This document shows, one piece after another, positions 13,478 through 27,229 of a DNA stretch of 64,000 nucleotides (positions are counted from its first letter, which is position 1; every line of letters starts with the position of its first letter). The translations under genes and the position numbers were made by a program. The notes under the pieces were generated by a model. It did no database searches and was not told the origin of the DNA. It saw only the letters and a program-made list of their open reading frames with translations. Source of the stretch: Squalus acanthias (taxonomy: Eukaryota); the NCBI GenBank assembly GCA_030390025.1, contig CM059431.1, forward strand, positions 153,204,001 through 153,268,000. Reading direction: 5' to 3'.

Positions 13478-14713
13478 CGGATTGTTAGAGCCCCGCTCTG
13501 GGCGGTTTGTGTTTTACTTCTCACACTGGGTCACAGAGATATTGTCCAGACAATGAACACACCACATCCCTTAAAAATTATTCCGATATAAATTAATCAC
13601 TTCGATAAAAACCGAGAGTGTAAATCGAAAGTAACAGAAAAAGAGCACTTAATTGTGAAAAGAATGATTGCACCAACAGTGAAGGGGAATCTGCCGGCCT
13701 CCGCCATTCTAATCCTGTGACTGTGGGAGTTTGGTTCGGGCAGAGGTTTGATTGTGACGACACGAACACGTCTCCCCCGCCACCCCGCCCCCCCACCCCC
13801 CCACACCATCCATGTTAAACCTGAAAAGTGTCTGGCAAAAATTCGGAACAGGGGGGGAGGAAGTAACCCTTCGGAGAGGTTTGTGTTTCTGAATCCCTAA
13901 CCCTTCTGGCTCTTTTTGACATGTCCCCATTCAATGTACAGACCCTCTCCTCAGTCTGCCCCTCGAGACCCGTCACCTCACATTTCTCTCCAGTTCATTT
14001 GAAAACATGTTTTACACACCCCTCCAGGATTGTCCTGGACTCCCCAATACTGTGTCAATTGTAGCACTTTCTGAAATACTACCCGTGTCATGTGTTAGTC
14101 AAGAGAGACAGAGGGGAATCAGTCAGACCAAGCGTCGCTGAGCCTTTGCTGTAGTGAAACAGGGGATCGTTTCATGAAACAGTGCTACAGCTTTTGGAAT
14201 AGAGGGAGCTTATAGAGACTTGATGGGTTCCACCGAAACAAAAAGGTTTGAGGTATTGGCAGGCAGGACAGATAGAATGTGGGTAGTGTTTAAACTCTAT
14301 GCGCGGGTTGTTGCTGTAGTTCTATGGAGTTCCTTCAACGAGGTGATTCTGAATGCGTGTACCCATGCAAAGCAAAGGTACTGAGCGTCATTACAGTCCA
14401 GCCTGGTCCAACGGAACTAAGAAACCATTCATCCAGAAGAGAAAAAGGGATTTAAGGACATGACGGTAAAGGGCACAGAATTCAGGCGGCTTCAAAACCA
14501 GAAGGCAAGACAAGAGTGTAAAAACTGCAACAGACTGGCGAAGAACAATTTCACATTGAACATGGCAAGTGAAGAGAAGGTTAATAATAGTACCAGAGGT
14601 AAGTTGTGACATTATTCACAAAATGTTTTAAACGGCTTGCTTACGTTGTGGTCCGCCAAAGCTTTTGATGACGATGTAGTGGTCCACATAAAGGAAAAGG
14701 TTGGGAACCGCTG

Positions 14714-15342
14714 TTGTAGATGGTACACACTGCAGCCACGGTACGCCGGTGGTGGAGGGAGTGAATGATTAAGGAGGTGGATGGGGTGCCAATCAAGCGG
14801 GCTGCTTTGTCCTGGATAGTGTCGAGCTTCTTGAGTGTTGTTGGAGCTGCACTCATCCAGGCAAGTGGAGAGTACTCCATCACACTCCTTACTTGTGCCT
14901 TGTAGATGGTTGAAAGGCTTTGTGGAGTCAGGAGGTGAGACACTCGCCGCAGAATACCCAGCCCCTGACCTGCTCTTGTTGCCACAGTATTTATGTGGCT
15001 GGTTCAATTAAGTTTCTGGTCAATGGTGACCCCCAGGATGTTGATGGTGGGGGATTCCGCGATGGTAATGCCATTGAATGTGAAGGGGAGGTGATTAGAC
15101 TTTCGCTTGTTGGAGATAGTCATTGCCTGGCACTTCCGTGGCGCGAATGTTACCTGCCACTTATCAGCCTAAGCCTGAACGTCGTCCAGGTCTTGTTGCA
15201 TGAGGGCATGGACTGCTTCATTATCTGTGGAGTTGTGAATGGCGCTGAACACTGTCATCAGCGAACATCCCCATGTCTGAACTGATGTTGGAGGGAATGT
15301 CATTGATGAAGCAGCTGAAGATGTTTGGGCCTAGGACACAGG
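14714..15342 (-). mobile_element. Second LINE copy, 5' part
   Basis: IYKAQVRSVMEYSPLAWMSAAPTTLKKLDTIQDKAARLI; ends at GACACAGGA like copy 1. Confidence 0.85.
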
Positions 15343-17620
15343 ATTACTGGTCGTGAATCTACTCTAACATTACTGGTGGTGACCTAATTCTAACATTACT
15401 GGTGGTGACCCTACTCCAAAAATACTGGCGGTGACCCTGCTCTAACATTACTGGTGGTGACCCTGCTCTAACACTACTGGTGGTGACTCTACTATAATAT
15501 TACTTGTGGTGACTATACTCTAACATTACAGGAGTGTGATTCGACTCTAACATTACTGGAGGTGACACTGCTCTAACATTAATGGTGGTGAATCTAATCT
15601 AAAATTACTGGTGGTGACTCTACTCTAACATTAGTGGAGAATCTAATCGAACATTACTGGTGGAGATCCAAGTTTAACATTACTGGTGGTGACCCTTCTC
15701 TAACATTACTGGTGGTGAACCTACTCTAACATTAATGGTGGTGATCCAATTCTAACCTTACTGTTGATGAATCTGCTTTAACATTATTGGTGGTTTCTCA
15801 ACCCTACAATACTGTTGGTTACCATTCTATAACTGTATTGGTGCTAATCTACTCTAACATTATAGGTGGTGCCCAACTCTAACATTACTGGTGGTGACTC
15901 TACACTGTCATTACTGATGGCGAAGCTAATCTAACATTACTGGTTGCGAAGCTAACCTAACATTACTGGTGGTGACCCTATTGTAACATTACTGTTGGTA
16001 ACCATACTCTAACATTATTCTTGGTGACGCTACTCTAGCATTATTGGTGTTGCCCTACACTAACTTTATTGGTGGTGACCCTACTCTAACATTACGGGTG
16101 GTGACCCTACCCTAACATTACTGTTGGTGAACCTACACTAACATTGCTGATTGTGAATCTACTGTAATATTACTAGTGATGACTATATTCTAACATTTCT
16201 GGAACGTGATTCTACTCTAACATTACTGGTGGTGACCTTCTCTAACATTACTGGTGGTGACCTTACTCTAACAATACTGGTGTTGACACTACTCTAACAT
16301 TACTGGAGAATCTAATCTAACATTACTGGTTGTGACCCTTCTCTAACATTACTGCTGGTGATCTTATTCTAACATTACTGGTGGCGAATATACTCTAAGA
16401 TTACTGCTGGTGAATTGAATCTAACATTACTGGCGGCGACTCTACACTAACATTATTGGTCGTGAATCTACTCTAACTTTGCTGCTGGTGACCCTATTCT
16501 AACATTACTGGTCGTGAGCCTACTCTTACATTAGTGATGAATCTAATGTAACATTACTGGTGGTGAAGCTACTGTAAAATTACTAGTGGTGACCCTATTC
16601 TAATATTACTGGTGGGGTCCCTACTCTAATGTAAGTTGTGAATCTAATCTAACATTAATGGTGTTGAACAATCTCTAACATTACTAGTGATGACCCTACT
16701 TTACCATTACTGGTGGTGATCCCACTCTAATATTGTTGGTGGTGCCGCTTATTTAACAATACTGGTGGTGACCCAAATATCACATTACTGTTGGAGACCA
16801 TACTCTAACATTACTGGTGCTGATCATACTCTAACAGTACTGGTGGTGACCCAACTCTAACGGTACTGGTGGTGACACTGCTCTAACATTACTGGTGGTG
16901 ACCATACTCTAATATTATTGGTGGTGACTCTACTTTAACATTATTGATAGTGACCCTACTCTAACATTACTGGTGGTGAACCTACACTAACTGTACATGT
17001 GGTGACTGTACTTTAACATTACTGAAGTGTGATTTTACTCTAACATTACTGTTGATGAATTTACTCTAACATTACTGCTGGTGAATCAAATCTAAGATTA
17101 CTGGTGGTGACCCTACTCTAACGTTTTTGGTGGAAATCATTCTCCAACATTATTGGTGGTGACACTATTCTAACATTATTTTTTGTGCACCTGCTCTAAC
17201 ATTACTGGTGGTGACCCTACTCTAACGTTACTGGTGTTGACCCTACTCTAACATTACTTGTAGTGACCCTACTTTAATATTACTGGTGGTGAACCTACTC
17301 TAATTTTAATGTTGCTGAGCCTATTCTAATCTTTCTGTTGATTACTCCGCTTTTACATTACTGGTGGTTACTCTGCTCTACCATTACTGGTGGTTATCAT
17401 TCTCTAAATATACTGGTGCTAACCTACTGTAACATTATTGGTGGTGACCCTACTCTAACATTACTGGAGGTGACCCTAATCTAACATTACTTGTGGTTAC
17501 CCTACTCTAACATAACTAGTGGTGAATCTACTGTAACTTTACTGGTGGTGACCCTACTCTAACAATACTGGTGGTGATCCTACTCTAACATTAGTGGTGA
17601 ACCTAGTCTAAATTAGTGGT
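15343..17620 (+). repeat. 26-bp minisatellite array, block 3
   Basis: Same unit. Confidence 0.95.
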
Positions 17621-17695
17621 CATGATGTGGAGATGCCGGTGTTGGACTGGGGTGGACAAAAATGAGAAGTCGCACAAAACCAGGTAAAAGTCCAA

Positions 17696-18592
17696 GGGGT
17701 AAAAATTCATTTGGTTGCGCCTCCCGTTAGCGCCTTAAGAGGGCGCTAATGGGGCGCAAAGCCGCTAACGCCCGGGCGCAGCGATGTTTGCGCCGCTCGG
17801 GAACTTAACTTGACATTGTGCGGCGGCGCTAAAACTTACCGCTGCGACCACCTGCGCACGCAGATTGTGACGTCATTCCATGGTGCAACGCCCTTGTGGC
17901 GCCCCGGAGCGGAAATTGAGTGGCGCCCCCTTTCTTACCGCCTGGCGCTTCCAACGACCAAAAGACTGGAACGCTATCAATCGCTGTGGGGCTGGCGGGG
18001 GGGGGCGCTATTTAAAGGGGGCCTCTTCCTGTCTTTTATTGTTGGTGGCATTTTTGAACTACGCATTCTGAGAGAGAGAGGGAGAGACTTCTGGAGAGAT
18101 TCAACGTTGTGTGAAGGAGTTTTGGGTACTGAGCAGCACTTTGCAGGTTCATTTTGATTTGCCATTCCTTGTATCGATTTAGCAGAGACTGTGGGAGCTG
18201 CACTCTGAGCTCTTTGCCTGATACTCTCCATTGTTCTTTCCAGCACATTTGATGTGCAAGTCTCTCCAGGCCGAGATTCAAGGCTGCAATGAACAGGATG
18301 TGGATGGAAAGCAAGATTAACCATCCCCTTTAAGAACTGGCCCGTGCCATTGTGTGTGTGTTCCATTGCTGACTGACATTACATGAGCTTCGCCAGCGCT
18401 CTGAGTTAGCGCCTCACTGCTCGGCCTTTGCGCCTTAAGACAGGTGTGCAGCGCCTGCTTTAGCGCTCCACTCACCTCCCAGGGCGGTGAAAGTGAAGTT
18501 TCCAGTCAGTGCCGATAATTAGCGCCAGGCGCTAATATTTGCGTCCAGACGATATTTGCGCCCCAAATGGGGCGCGACCTAATTTCTACCCC
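17696..18592. mobile_element. Harbinger-derived MITE, copy B (897 bp)
   Basis: TIRs GGGGTAAAAATT / AATTTCTACCCC, identical to the full element; TSD CAA; the empty site AGTCCAACAGTTTT is visible in the related copy at 27.1-27.2 kb. Confidence 0.9.
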
Positions 18593-18611
18593 CAACAGTT
18601 TTATTTGAAAT

Positions 18612-18646
18612 TACGAGCTTTCAGAGCTCTGCTCCTTCGTCAGGTA
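18612..18646 (-). ncRNA. Minimal type I hammerhead ribozyme motif
   Basis: tac-CTGACGA-a-ggagc-aga-gctct-GAAA-gc-TC-gta. Confidence 0.65.
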
Positions 18647-20601
18647 CAGTGAGGGAATACAAATCGATTACAAAGTATATATAGACAGAGAACAATGTGT
18701 CTGCAGAGATACAATCCATCAGGGAGGCATTACATCAAAGACACAGCAGAGTACAGCTAAGACAATGAGGTGGGTCACAGGGGGTCCAACGTGTCAAATG
18801 CTGCAGTCTGCAGTTAAGCTTTAACTTTTATTTAAAAACCGGAAATCACACCTGTGAACCAGACAACGATCTCGAGTCAGGTTCTGTAGTGTGACATGAA
18901 ACCGAGATCCCGGTTGAGGCCGTCCTCATGGGCGCAGAAATTGGCTATCAGTTTCTGCTCAATGATTTTGCGTTGTCGTGTGTCTCGAAGGCCGCCTTGG
19001 AGAACGCTACCCCGCAGATCCGAGGCTCAATGTCCTTGACTGCTGAAGTGTTCCCCGCATGGAAGGTAACAATCCTGCCTGGTGATTGTTGCGCGGTGTC
19101 CGTTCATACGTTTTCTCAGTGACTGCATGGTCTCGCCGATGTACCATGCCACGGTGCATTCTTTCCTGCAACGTATGAGGTAGACAACGTTGGCCGAGTC
19201 ACATGAGTATGTACCATGTACCTGTTGGGTACTGTCCTCACGTGTGTTGATGGTATCTGTGTTGATGATCTGGCATGTCTTGCAGAGGTTGCTGGGGCAG
19301 GGTTGTGTGGTGTCGAGGTCGCTGTTCTCCTGACAGCTGGGTAATTTGCTTATCTAACATTTCTTGTGGTGACACTACTCTAATGTTACTGCTGGTAATC
19401 CTACTCTAACATTAATGATGGTGACACTACTGTAACATTACTGGTGGTGATTCTACTGGTGATGTATATATTCTAAAATTACTGGAGGTAACCCTACTCT
19501 AGCATTAATGGTGGTGAACCTACACTAACATTACTTGCAGTATCCCTACTCTAACATTACAGGTGGTGACCCTACTCTAACATTTCTGGTGATGAACCTA
19601 TTCCAACATTACTGGATTTGACCCTACTCTAACATTTCTGTTCGTAATGCTTCTCTAACATTACTGGTAGTGATACTATTCTTACCTTACTGGTGGTGAC
19701 CCTACTCTAACATTACTGGTGGTGACCCAACTCTAACTTTGCTGGTGATGATCCTACTCTAACATTAATGGTGGTGACCCTAATTAAACATTACTGGTGG
19801 TGAACCTATCTAACATTACTGATGTTGAAAATACTCTAACATTAATGGTGGTGACCCTACTCTAACATTACTGGTGGTGATCCTACACTAACATTACTGG
19901 TGGTCACCCTAGTCTAACAGTACTGAATGTGACCCTGCTCTAACATTACTGTTGGTGGCTCTACTCTAATATTGCTGCTGGTGACTCTACTCTAACATTA
20001 CTGGTGGGGAATATAACTGACATGACTGGTAGTGAGCCTACACTAACATTACTTGTGGTGAATCTAATCTAACATCACTGCTGGTGAATCAAATCTACCA
20101 TTGCTGCTGGTGACGCTACTCTAAAAATTTTTGTGGCAAACATTCTCTAACATTATTGGTGGTGCCGCTACTGTAACATTACCGGGGGTGACCAAAATCT
20201 AACATTACTTGTGTTGACACTACTCTAACATTACAAGTGTTTACACTACTCTAATATTACTATAAGTGATCCTACTCTAACATTACTGGTGGTGACTCTA
20301 TCATAATATTAATGCTGGTGACCCTACTCTAGCATTACTGGTGATAAACCTACTATAACATTACTGGTGGTGACTCTACTCTAACATAACTGGTGGTGAC
20401 TCTACCCTAGCATTAATGCTGGTGAAGCTACTCTAACATTACTTGTGTTTGATCTACTCTGACATTACTGGTGGTCACCCTTCTCGAACTTAACTGCTGG
20501 TGACCTTACTCTAACATTAATGTGTTGACCCGACTCTAATATTACTGGTGTTTAACCTAATTTATCATGACTAGTGGCGAACGTTCTCTAACATTACTGG
20601 T

Positions 20602-21065
20602 GTGAAGGGGCTTGATCGGGTGAACGCGGTGAGGATGTTCCCAATGATGGGTGAAACTAGAACTAGGGGACATAATCTTAGAATAAGGGGCTGCTCTTTA
20701 AAAATTGAAATGAGGAGAAACTTTTTCACTCAGAGGGTAGTGGGTCTGTGGAATTTGCTACCCCAGGAAGCTGTGGAAGCTACTTCATTAAATAAATTTA
20801 AAACAGAAATAGACCGTTTCCTAGAAGTAAAGGGAATTAGGGGTTACGGGGAGCGGGCTGGAAATTGGACATGAGCTTGAGTTCGGGTCGGTCAAGGCCC
20901 TGTGGGTGGCGGAGCGGGCCCAGGGGCCGAGTGGCCTGGTCCTGCTCCTACTTCTTGTTTTCTTTAGAGTTGAGGTTGGATCACATCAGCCATGATCTCA
21001 TTGAATGGCGGAGCAGGCTCGAAGGGCCGATTGGTCTACTCCTGCTCTTATTTCTTATGTTTCTT
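20602..21065 (+). mobile_element. CR1 3' end with doubled 3' terminal module
   Basis: MKGLDRV...RRNFFTQRVV...GIRGYGERAGNW; TTCTTATG tail; flanked by ATTACTGGTG / ATTACTGCTG. Confidence 0.88.
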
Positions 21066-24000
21066 ATTACTGCTGGTGACTCTACTCTAACATTACTTGT
21101 GATGACCCTACTCTAACATTAATTGTGGTGACCCTACACTAACACTACTGCTGGTGATCCTACTCTAACTTTAATGATGGTGAGCCTATTCTAACCTTTC
21201 TGTTGATTACTCTGCTTTTACATTACTGTTGGTTACTCTGCTGTACCAGTACTGGTGGTTACCATTCTCTAAATATACTGGTGCTAACCTACTTTAACAT
21301 TAAATGGTGGTGCACTACTCTAACATTACTGGTGGTGACCCGACTCTAACATTACTGATGGCGACACTACTCCAACATTACTGGTGGTGACTCTAATCTA
21401 ACATTAATGGTAGTGAGCCTATTCTAGCCTTACTGTTGATGACTCTGCTTTAACATTACTGGTGGTTACTCTGCTCTGCCTTACTGGTTGTTAACATTCT
21501 CTAACTATACTGGTGCTCAACCTACTCTAACATTATACGTGGTAACTCTAGTCTAACATTACTGAGGTTTCGTTACTCTAACATCACTGATTATGACTCT
21601 ACTCTAACATCACTGTATGCGACCGAACTCTAAATAAACTGCTGGTGACCCTACTCCAGCCTTACTCTTACCAATACTGGTGAGGACTCTACACTAACAT
21701 CACCGGTGTTGACTCTACTCCCTCATTACTGGTGGTGAAATTAGTCTAACATTACTGATGTTGTATCTACTCTAACATTACTGGTGATGACTGAACTCTA
21801 ATATTACTGGGAGTGACACAACTATAACATTGCTGGTCGTGAATCTACTGCAACGTGACTTATAATGACCCTTCTCTAACATTAATGGTGGTGATACTAT
21901 CCTAACATTACTATTGGTGACCCCACTCTATCATTAAATGTTCTGCCTCTATTCTTACATTACTGGTGTTGACTCCACTCTAATATTAGTAGTCGTGACG
22001 ATTCACCAATATTGCTGGTTGTTACTCTGCTCTAACATCATAACTACTGGTGACCCGATTCTAACATTACTGAAGGTGACCCTAGTCTAACATTAATGGT
22101 GTTGACCACACCCTAAAATAACTGTTTGTGACTCTACTCTAGCATGACTTGTGATCACCATACTCTAACATTAATGCTGGTGACTCGACTTGAACATTAC
22201 TGGTGACGACCACTCTCAAAAGGTTAATGGTTGTGAACTTAATTTATAATTATTGGAGATGGCACTAATCTAACAAATCTGCTGGTGAGCCTACTCTAAC
22301 ATTACTTGTGAGGAGACTACTCTACTATTACTGGTGATGAACCTACTCTAACCTTACTGGTGGTGACCCTACTCTAACATTACTGGTGTTGCCCTACTAT
22401 AACATTAATAATTGTGACTGTTGTCAAGCATTCATGATAGTGACTCTGCACTAAGATTGTTGTTTCTGACTGTACTCTAACATTCCTGTAGTTGATTCCA
22501 TTCTGACATTACTGATGGTGGCCACACTCTAGGATTATTTGTGATGCCCATACTATATCTTTACTGGTGGTGACTCCATTCTATCATTACTGATGATGAA
22601 CCTGCTATAACATTACAGTTGGTCCCCAAACTATATCTTTACTGTTGGTGACCTTAATCAAATTTACTGGTTGTCAATCTACAATGGCATTACTTGAGAT
22701 GACCCTGCTCTTACTTTACTGTGGGTGACTCGACTCCAAAATTACTCGTGTTGATCCTACTATAATTTAAATGCGGGTGACCATACTCTAACTTTACTGA
22801 TGCTGCCCCTACATGAATATCACTGGTGGTGACTCGACTCTAACATTACTGGTGATGATCCTACACTAACTTTACTGGTGATGATCCTACTCTAACATTA
22901 CTGGTGTTGACTCTACTCTAACATTACTGGTGTTGACTCTACTCTAACATTACTGGAGTTGACTCTACTCTAACATTACTGGTGGTGATCCTACTGTAAC
23001 ATTACTGGTGGTGTATCTAATTGAACATTACTGGTAGTGACGCTACTCTAACATTATTGCTGGTGCCACTGTTCTAACATTACTGATGGTGACCCTACTC
23101 TAACATTACTGGTGGCGACCCGACTTAACATTACTGGTAGTGACCCTACTCTAACATTACCATTACTGGTGGTGACTCTACTCTAACATTACTGGTGGTG
23201 ACCCAACTATAACATTACTGGTGGTGAACCTATTGTAACATTAATGGTGGTGAGCCTATTATAACGTTACTGTTGATGACTCTGCTTTACATGAATTGTG
23301 GTTACTCTGCTCTGCCATTACTGTTGGTTACCATTCTCTAACTCTACTGGTGCTCAACCTACTCAAACATTATAGTTGGTGACTCTACTCTAACATTACT
23401 GAGTTGACATTATTCTAACATTAATGATTGTGACTCTCCTCTAAAATTACTGTATGTGACCGCACACTAAAATAACTGATGGGGACCCTACTCTAACATT
23501 ACTTTTACCAATACTAGTGTTGACTTTAAACTAAAATGACCGGTGTTGACTCAACATCCTCATTACTGGTGGTGAAAATATACTAACATTACTGGTGTTG
23601 ACTCTAATCTAACATGGCTGGTGGTGACCCTACTTGAACATCACTAGTTGTGACTCTAATCTAACCGTACTGTTGGTGACCCTTTTCTGAGATTAAGTGT
23701 GGTGCCTGTACTATATCATTAATATTTGTGACTCTTCAGTAACATTACTGACTGTGACCCTACGCTAACATTACTGATGATGACTGAACTCTAATATTAT
23801 TGGTGGAGACACCAATATAACATTACTGGTCGAGAATCTAGTGAAACATGAATTATAATGACAGTACTCGAACATTACTGATGGTGACGCTACCTTAACA
23901 TTACTATTGGTGACCCCAAGCTATCATTACATGTTGTGACTCTACTCTTACATTACTGGTGTTGAACCCACTTTAAAATTACTGATGGTGACCATTCACT

Positions 24001-25800
24001 AATATTTCTGGTTGAACTCTACTTTAACATTACTGCTTGTGACCCGATTCTAACGCTACGGATGGTGATCCTAGTCTAACATTATTGGTGGTGACTCGAC
24101 TTGAACATTACTGGTAAAGAACACTCTCTAAAGTTAATGGTTCTGAAACTAATGTATATTTATTGGAGATGACACTAGTCTAACAAATCTGCTGGTGAGC
24201 CTACTCTAACGTTACTAGGGAGGAGACTTCTCCACCATTACTGGTGATGAACCTACTCTAACCTTACTGCTGGTGACCCTACTCTAACATTTCTGGTGTT
24301 GCCCCTACTATAACATTAATGATTGTGACTGTTCTCCAGCATTAATGATTGTGACTCTGCACTAGGATTGCTGTTTCTGACTCCATTCTAACATGCCTGG
24401 AGCTGATTCCACTTTAACAGTACAGAGGTGGCCACACTCTAAGATTATTGGTGATGCCCATACATTAACATTACTGGTGGTGACTCCACTCTAACATTAC
24501 AGGTGATGAACCTGCTATACCATTACTGTTGGTCAACAAACTGTTGGTGACCTTAATCTAATTTACTGGTTGTGAATCTACAATGGCATTACTTGAGATG
24601 ACCCTACTCTAACCTTACTGGTGGTGACTCTAATGTAAAATTACTCGTGTTGATCCTACTATAATTTAAATGTGGGTGACCTTAGTCTAACATTACTGGT
24701 GCTGTGTCTACATGAATATTACTGGTGGTGACTCGACTCTAACATTACTGGTTTTGACTCTACTCTAACTTTACTAGTGATGATCCCACTCTAACATTAC
24801 TGGTGGTGACCCTATTTTAACATTACTGATGGTGATCCTACTCTATGATTACTGGTGGTGACTCTAGTCTAACATTACTGGTGGTGTATCTAATCGAAAA
24901 TTACAGGAAGTGACTCTACTCTAACATTATTGGTGGCGACTCTACTGTAACATTACTGGTGGTGATCCTACTCTAACATCACTGGTGGTGAATCTACTCT
25001 AACAATAATGGTGGTCGGCCTATTCAAACTTTACTGTTGATGATTCTGTTTTAACATTATTTGTGGTTACTCTGCTCTGCCATTTCTGTTGGTTACCATT
25101 TTCTAACTATCCTGGTGCTCATCCTACTCTAACATTATAGTTGGTGACTCTACTCTAACATTATTGAGGTGACATTACTCTAACATTAATGATTGTGACT
25201 CTACTCTAAAATTACTGTATGTGACTGCACACTAAAATAACTGATGGTGACCCTACTCCAACAATACTTTTACCAATTTTGGTGGTGAATATAAACTAAA
25301 ATTACCCGTGTTGACTCTACTCTGACATTACTAGTGATGACTGAACTCTAATATTACTGGGGGTGACACCACTATAACATTACTGGACGTGAATCTACAG
25401 TAACGTGACTTATAATGACCCTAATCTAACATTACTGATGGTGATTGTACCCTAACATTATTATTGGTGACCCCACGCAAGGATTACATGTTGTGACACT
25501 AATCTTACATTACTGATGTTGACTCCACACTATTATTACTTGTGGTGACCGTTCACTAATATTTCTGATTGTGACTCTACTGCAACATTACAGCTGTTGA
25601 TCCGATTCTAACATCACTGATGGTGACCCTAGTCTAACATTACTGGTGGTGACTCTACTGGAACATTACTGGTGACGACCAAACTCTAAAGTTAATGGTT
25701 GTGACCCTAATCTTTAATTATTGGAGATTACACTAATCTAACAATTATGCTGGTGAGCCTACTCTAACATTACTAGTGAGGAGACTACTCTACCATTACC

Positions 25801-26407
25801 GGGGATGAGGGGATGGACATATGAGGAGAGGTTGGGTAGATTGGGACTCTACTCATTGGAGTTCAGAAGAATGAGAGGCGATCTTATTGAAACATATAAC
25901 ATTGTGAAGGGGTTAGATCGGGTGGATGCGGGGAGGATGTTCCCGATGATGGGTGAAACTAGAACTAGGGGGCATAGTCTTAGAATAAGGGGCTGCTCTT
26001 TCAAAACTGAGATGAGAAGGAACTACTTCACTCAGAGGGTGGTAGGTCCATGGAATATGCTGCCCCAAAATGCTGTAGAAGCTACATCATTACATAAATT
26101 TAAAACAGAAATAGACAGTTTCCTAGAAGTGAAGGGAATTAAGGGTTACGGGGAGCGGGCAGGAATTTGGCCATGAGTATAGGTTCGGATCGGTCATGGC
26201 CCTGTGTGTAGCGTAGCGGGCCCAGGGGCCGTGTAGCCTGATCCTGCTCTATTTCGAGTGTCCAATTCTGTTAGGTTCAGGAGATGGTTCTGTGATAGTA
26301 GATTGGCGGTTAGCATCAGATCAGCCATGATCTTATTGAATGGCGGAGCAGTCTCGAGGTGCCAATTGGCCTACTCCTGCTCCTATGTCTTATGTTCTTA
26401 TGTTCGT
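25801..26407 (+). mobile_element. CR1 3' end with doubled 3' terminal module
   Basis: YEERLGRLGLYSLEFRRMRGDLIETY...; TTCTTATG tail. Confidence 0.88.
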
Positions 26408-27015
26408 ATTACTGGTGATGAACCTACTCTAACCTTACTGGTGGTGACCCTACTCTAAAATGACTGGCTTTGCCCCTGCTATAAAATTAATGATTGCGTC
26501 TGTACTCTAGCATTATGTTTGTGACACTGCAGTACGATTGTTGTTTCTGACTGTTCTCTAACATTCCTGGAGTTGATTCCACTCTAACATTACTGGTGTT
26601 GGCCACACTCTAAGATTATTGTTGATGCCCATTCTATAATATAACCGGTGGTGACTCCACTTTAACGTTACTGTTAATGAATCTGCAATAACATTATTGT
26701 TGGTGACCAAACTATATCATTACTGTTGCTGAACTTAATCTAATTTACTGGTTGTGAATCTGCAATGGCATTACTTGAGATGACCCTAATCTAACCTTAC
26801 TGGTGGTGACTCTAATGTAAAATTACTCGTGTTGATCCTACTATAATTTTAATGTGGCTGACCGTAATCTAACATTACTGTCGGTGTGTCTACATGAACA
26901 TTACTGGTGGTGACTGGACTCTAACATTACTGATGATGACCCTACTCTAACATTAATGGCCGTGTCCCTAATCTAACATTAGTCGTGTTGACCCTACTCC
27001 ACCATCAATAGTGGT

Positions 27016-27229
27016 CATGATGCGGAGATGCCGGTGTTGGACTGGGTTGGACAAAAATGAGAAGTCGCACAACACCAGGTTATAGTCCAAAAGTTTTATT
27101 TGAAATTACGAGCTTTCGGAGCTCTGCTCCTTCGTCAGGTATAGGTACAGACGAAGGAGCAGAGCTCCGAAAGCTCGTAATTTCAAATAAAACTGTTGGA
27201 CTATAACCTGGTGTTGTGCGACTTCTCAT
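27016..27229. mobile_element. Short palindromic Penelope-like insertion
   Basis: Same terminus as 17621; 80-bp inverted arms 27057-27136 and 27150-27229 with one mismatch; flanking direct repeat CAATAGTGGT. Confidence 0.85.
27107..27141 (-). ncRNA. Minimal type I hammerhead ribozyme motif
   Basis: tac-CTGACGA-a-ggagc-aga-gctcc-GAAA-gc-TC-gta. Confidence 0.72.

Larger units (their letters stand above)
6082..14713. mobile_element. Non-autonomous hAT (Buster/Charlie-type) DNA transposon, 8632 bp, with cargo
   Basis: Termini CAGTGGTTCCCGATCT and AGGTTGGGAACCGCTG (revcomp CAGCGGTTCCCAACCT). 8-bp TSD TTGCAGAT (6074-6081) / TTGTAGAT (14714-14721). Subterminal GTGGTCCR motifs at both ends. The flanks rejoin into one LINE that matches the uninterrupted copy near 3947. 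No transposase recognised inside. Confidence 0.8.
17621..19350 (-). mobile_element. 5'-truncated Penelope-like element (probably Neptune clade): GIY-YIG endonuclease and 3' terminus, interrupted by a MITE
   Basis: Minus strand about 19350-18876: PCPSNLCKTC...YSCDSANVVYLIRCRKECTVAWYIGETMQSLRKRMNGH...GEHF...EQKLIANFCAHEDGLNRDLGF, with one stop and one frameshift. Confidence 0.85.
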
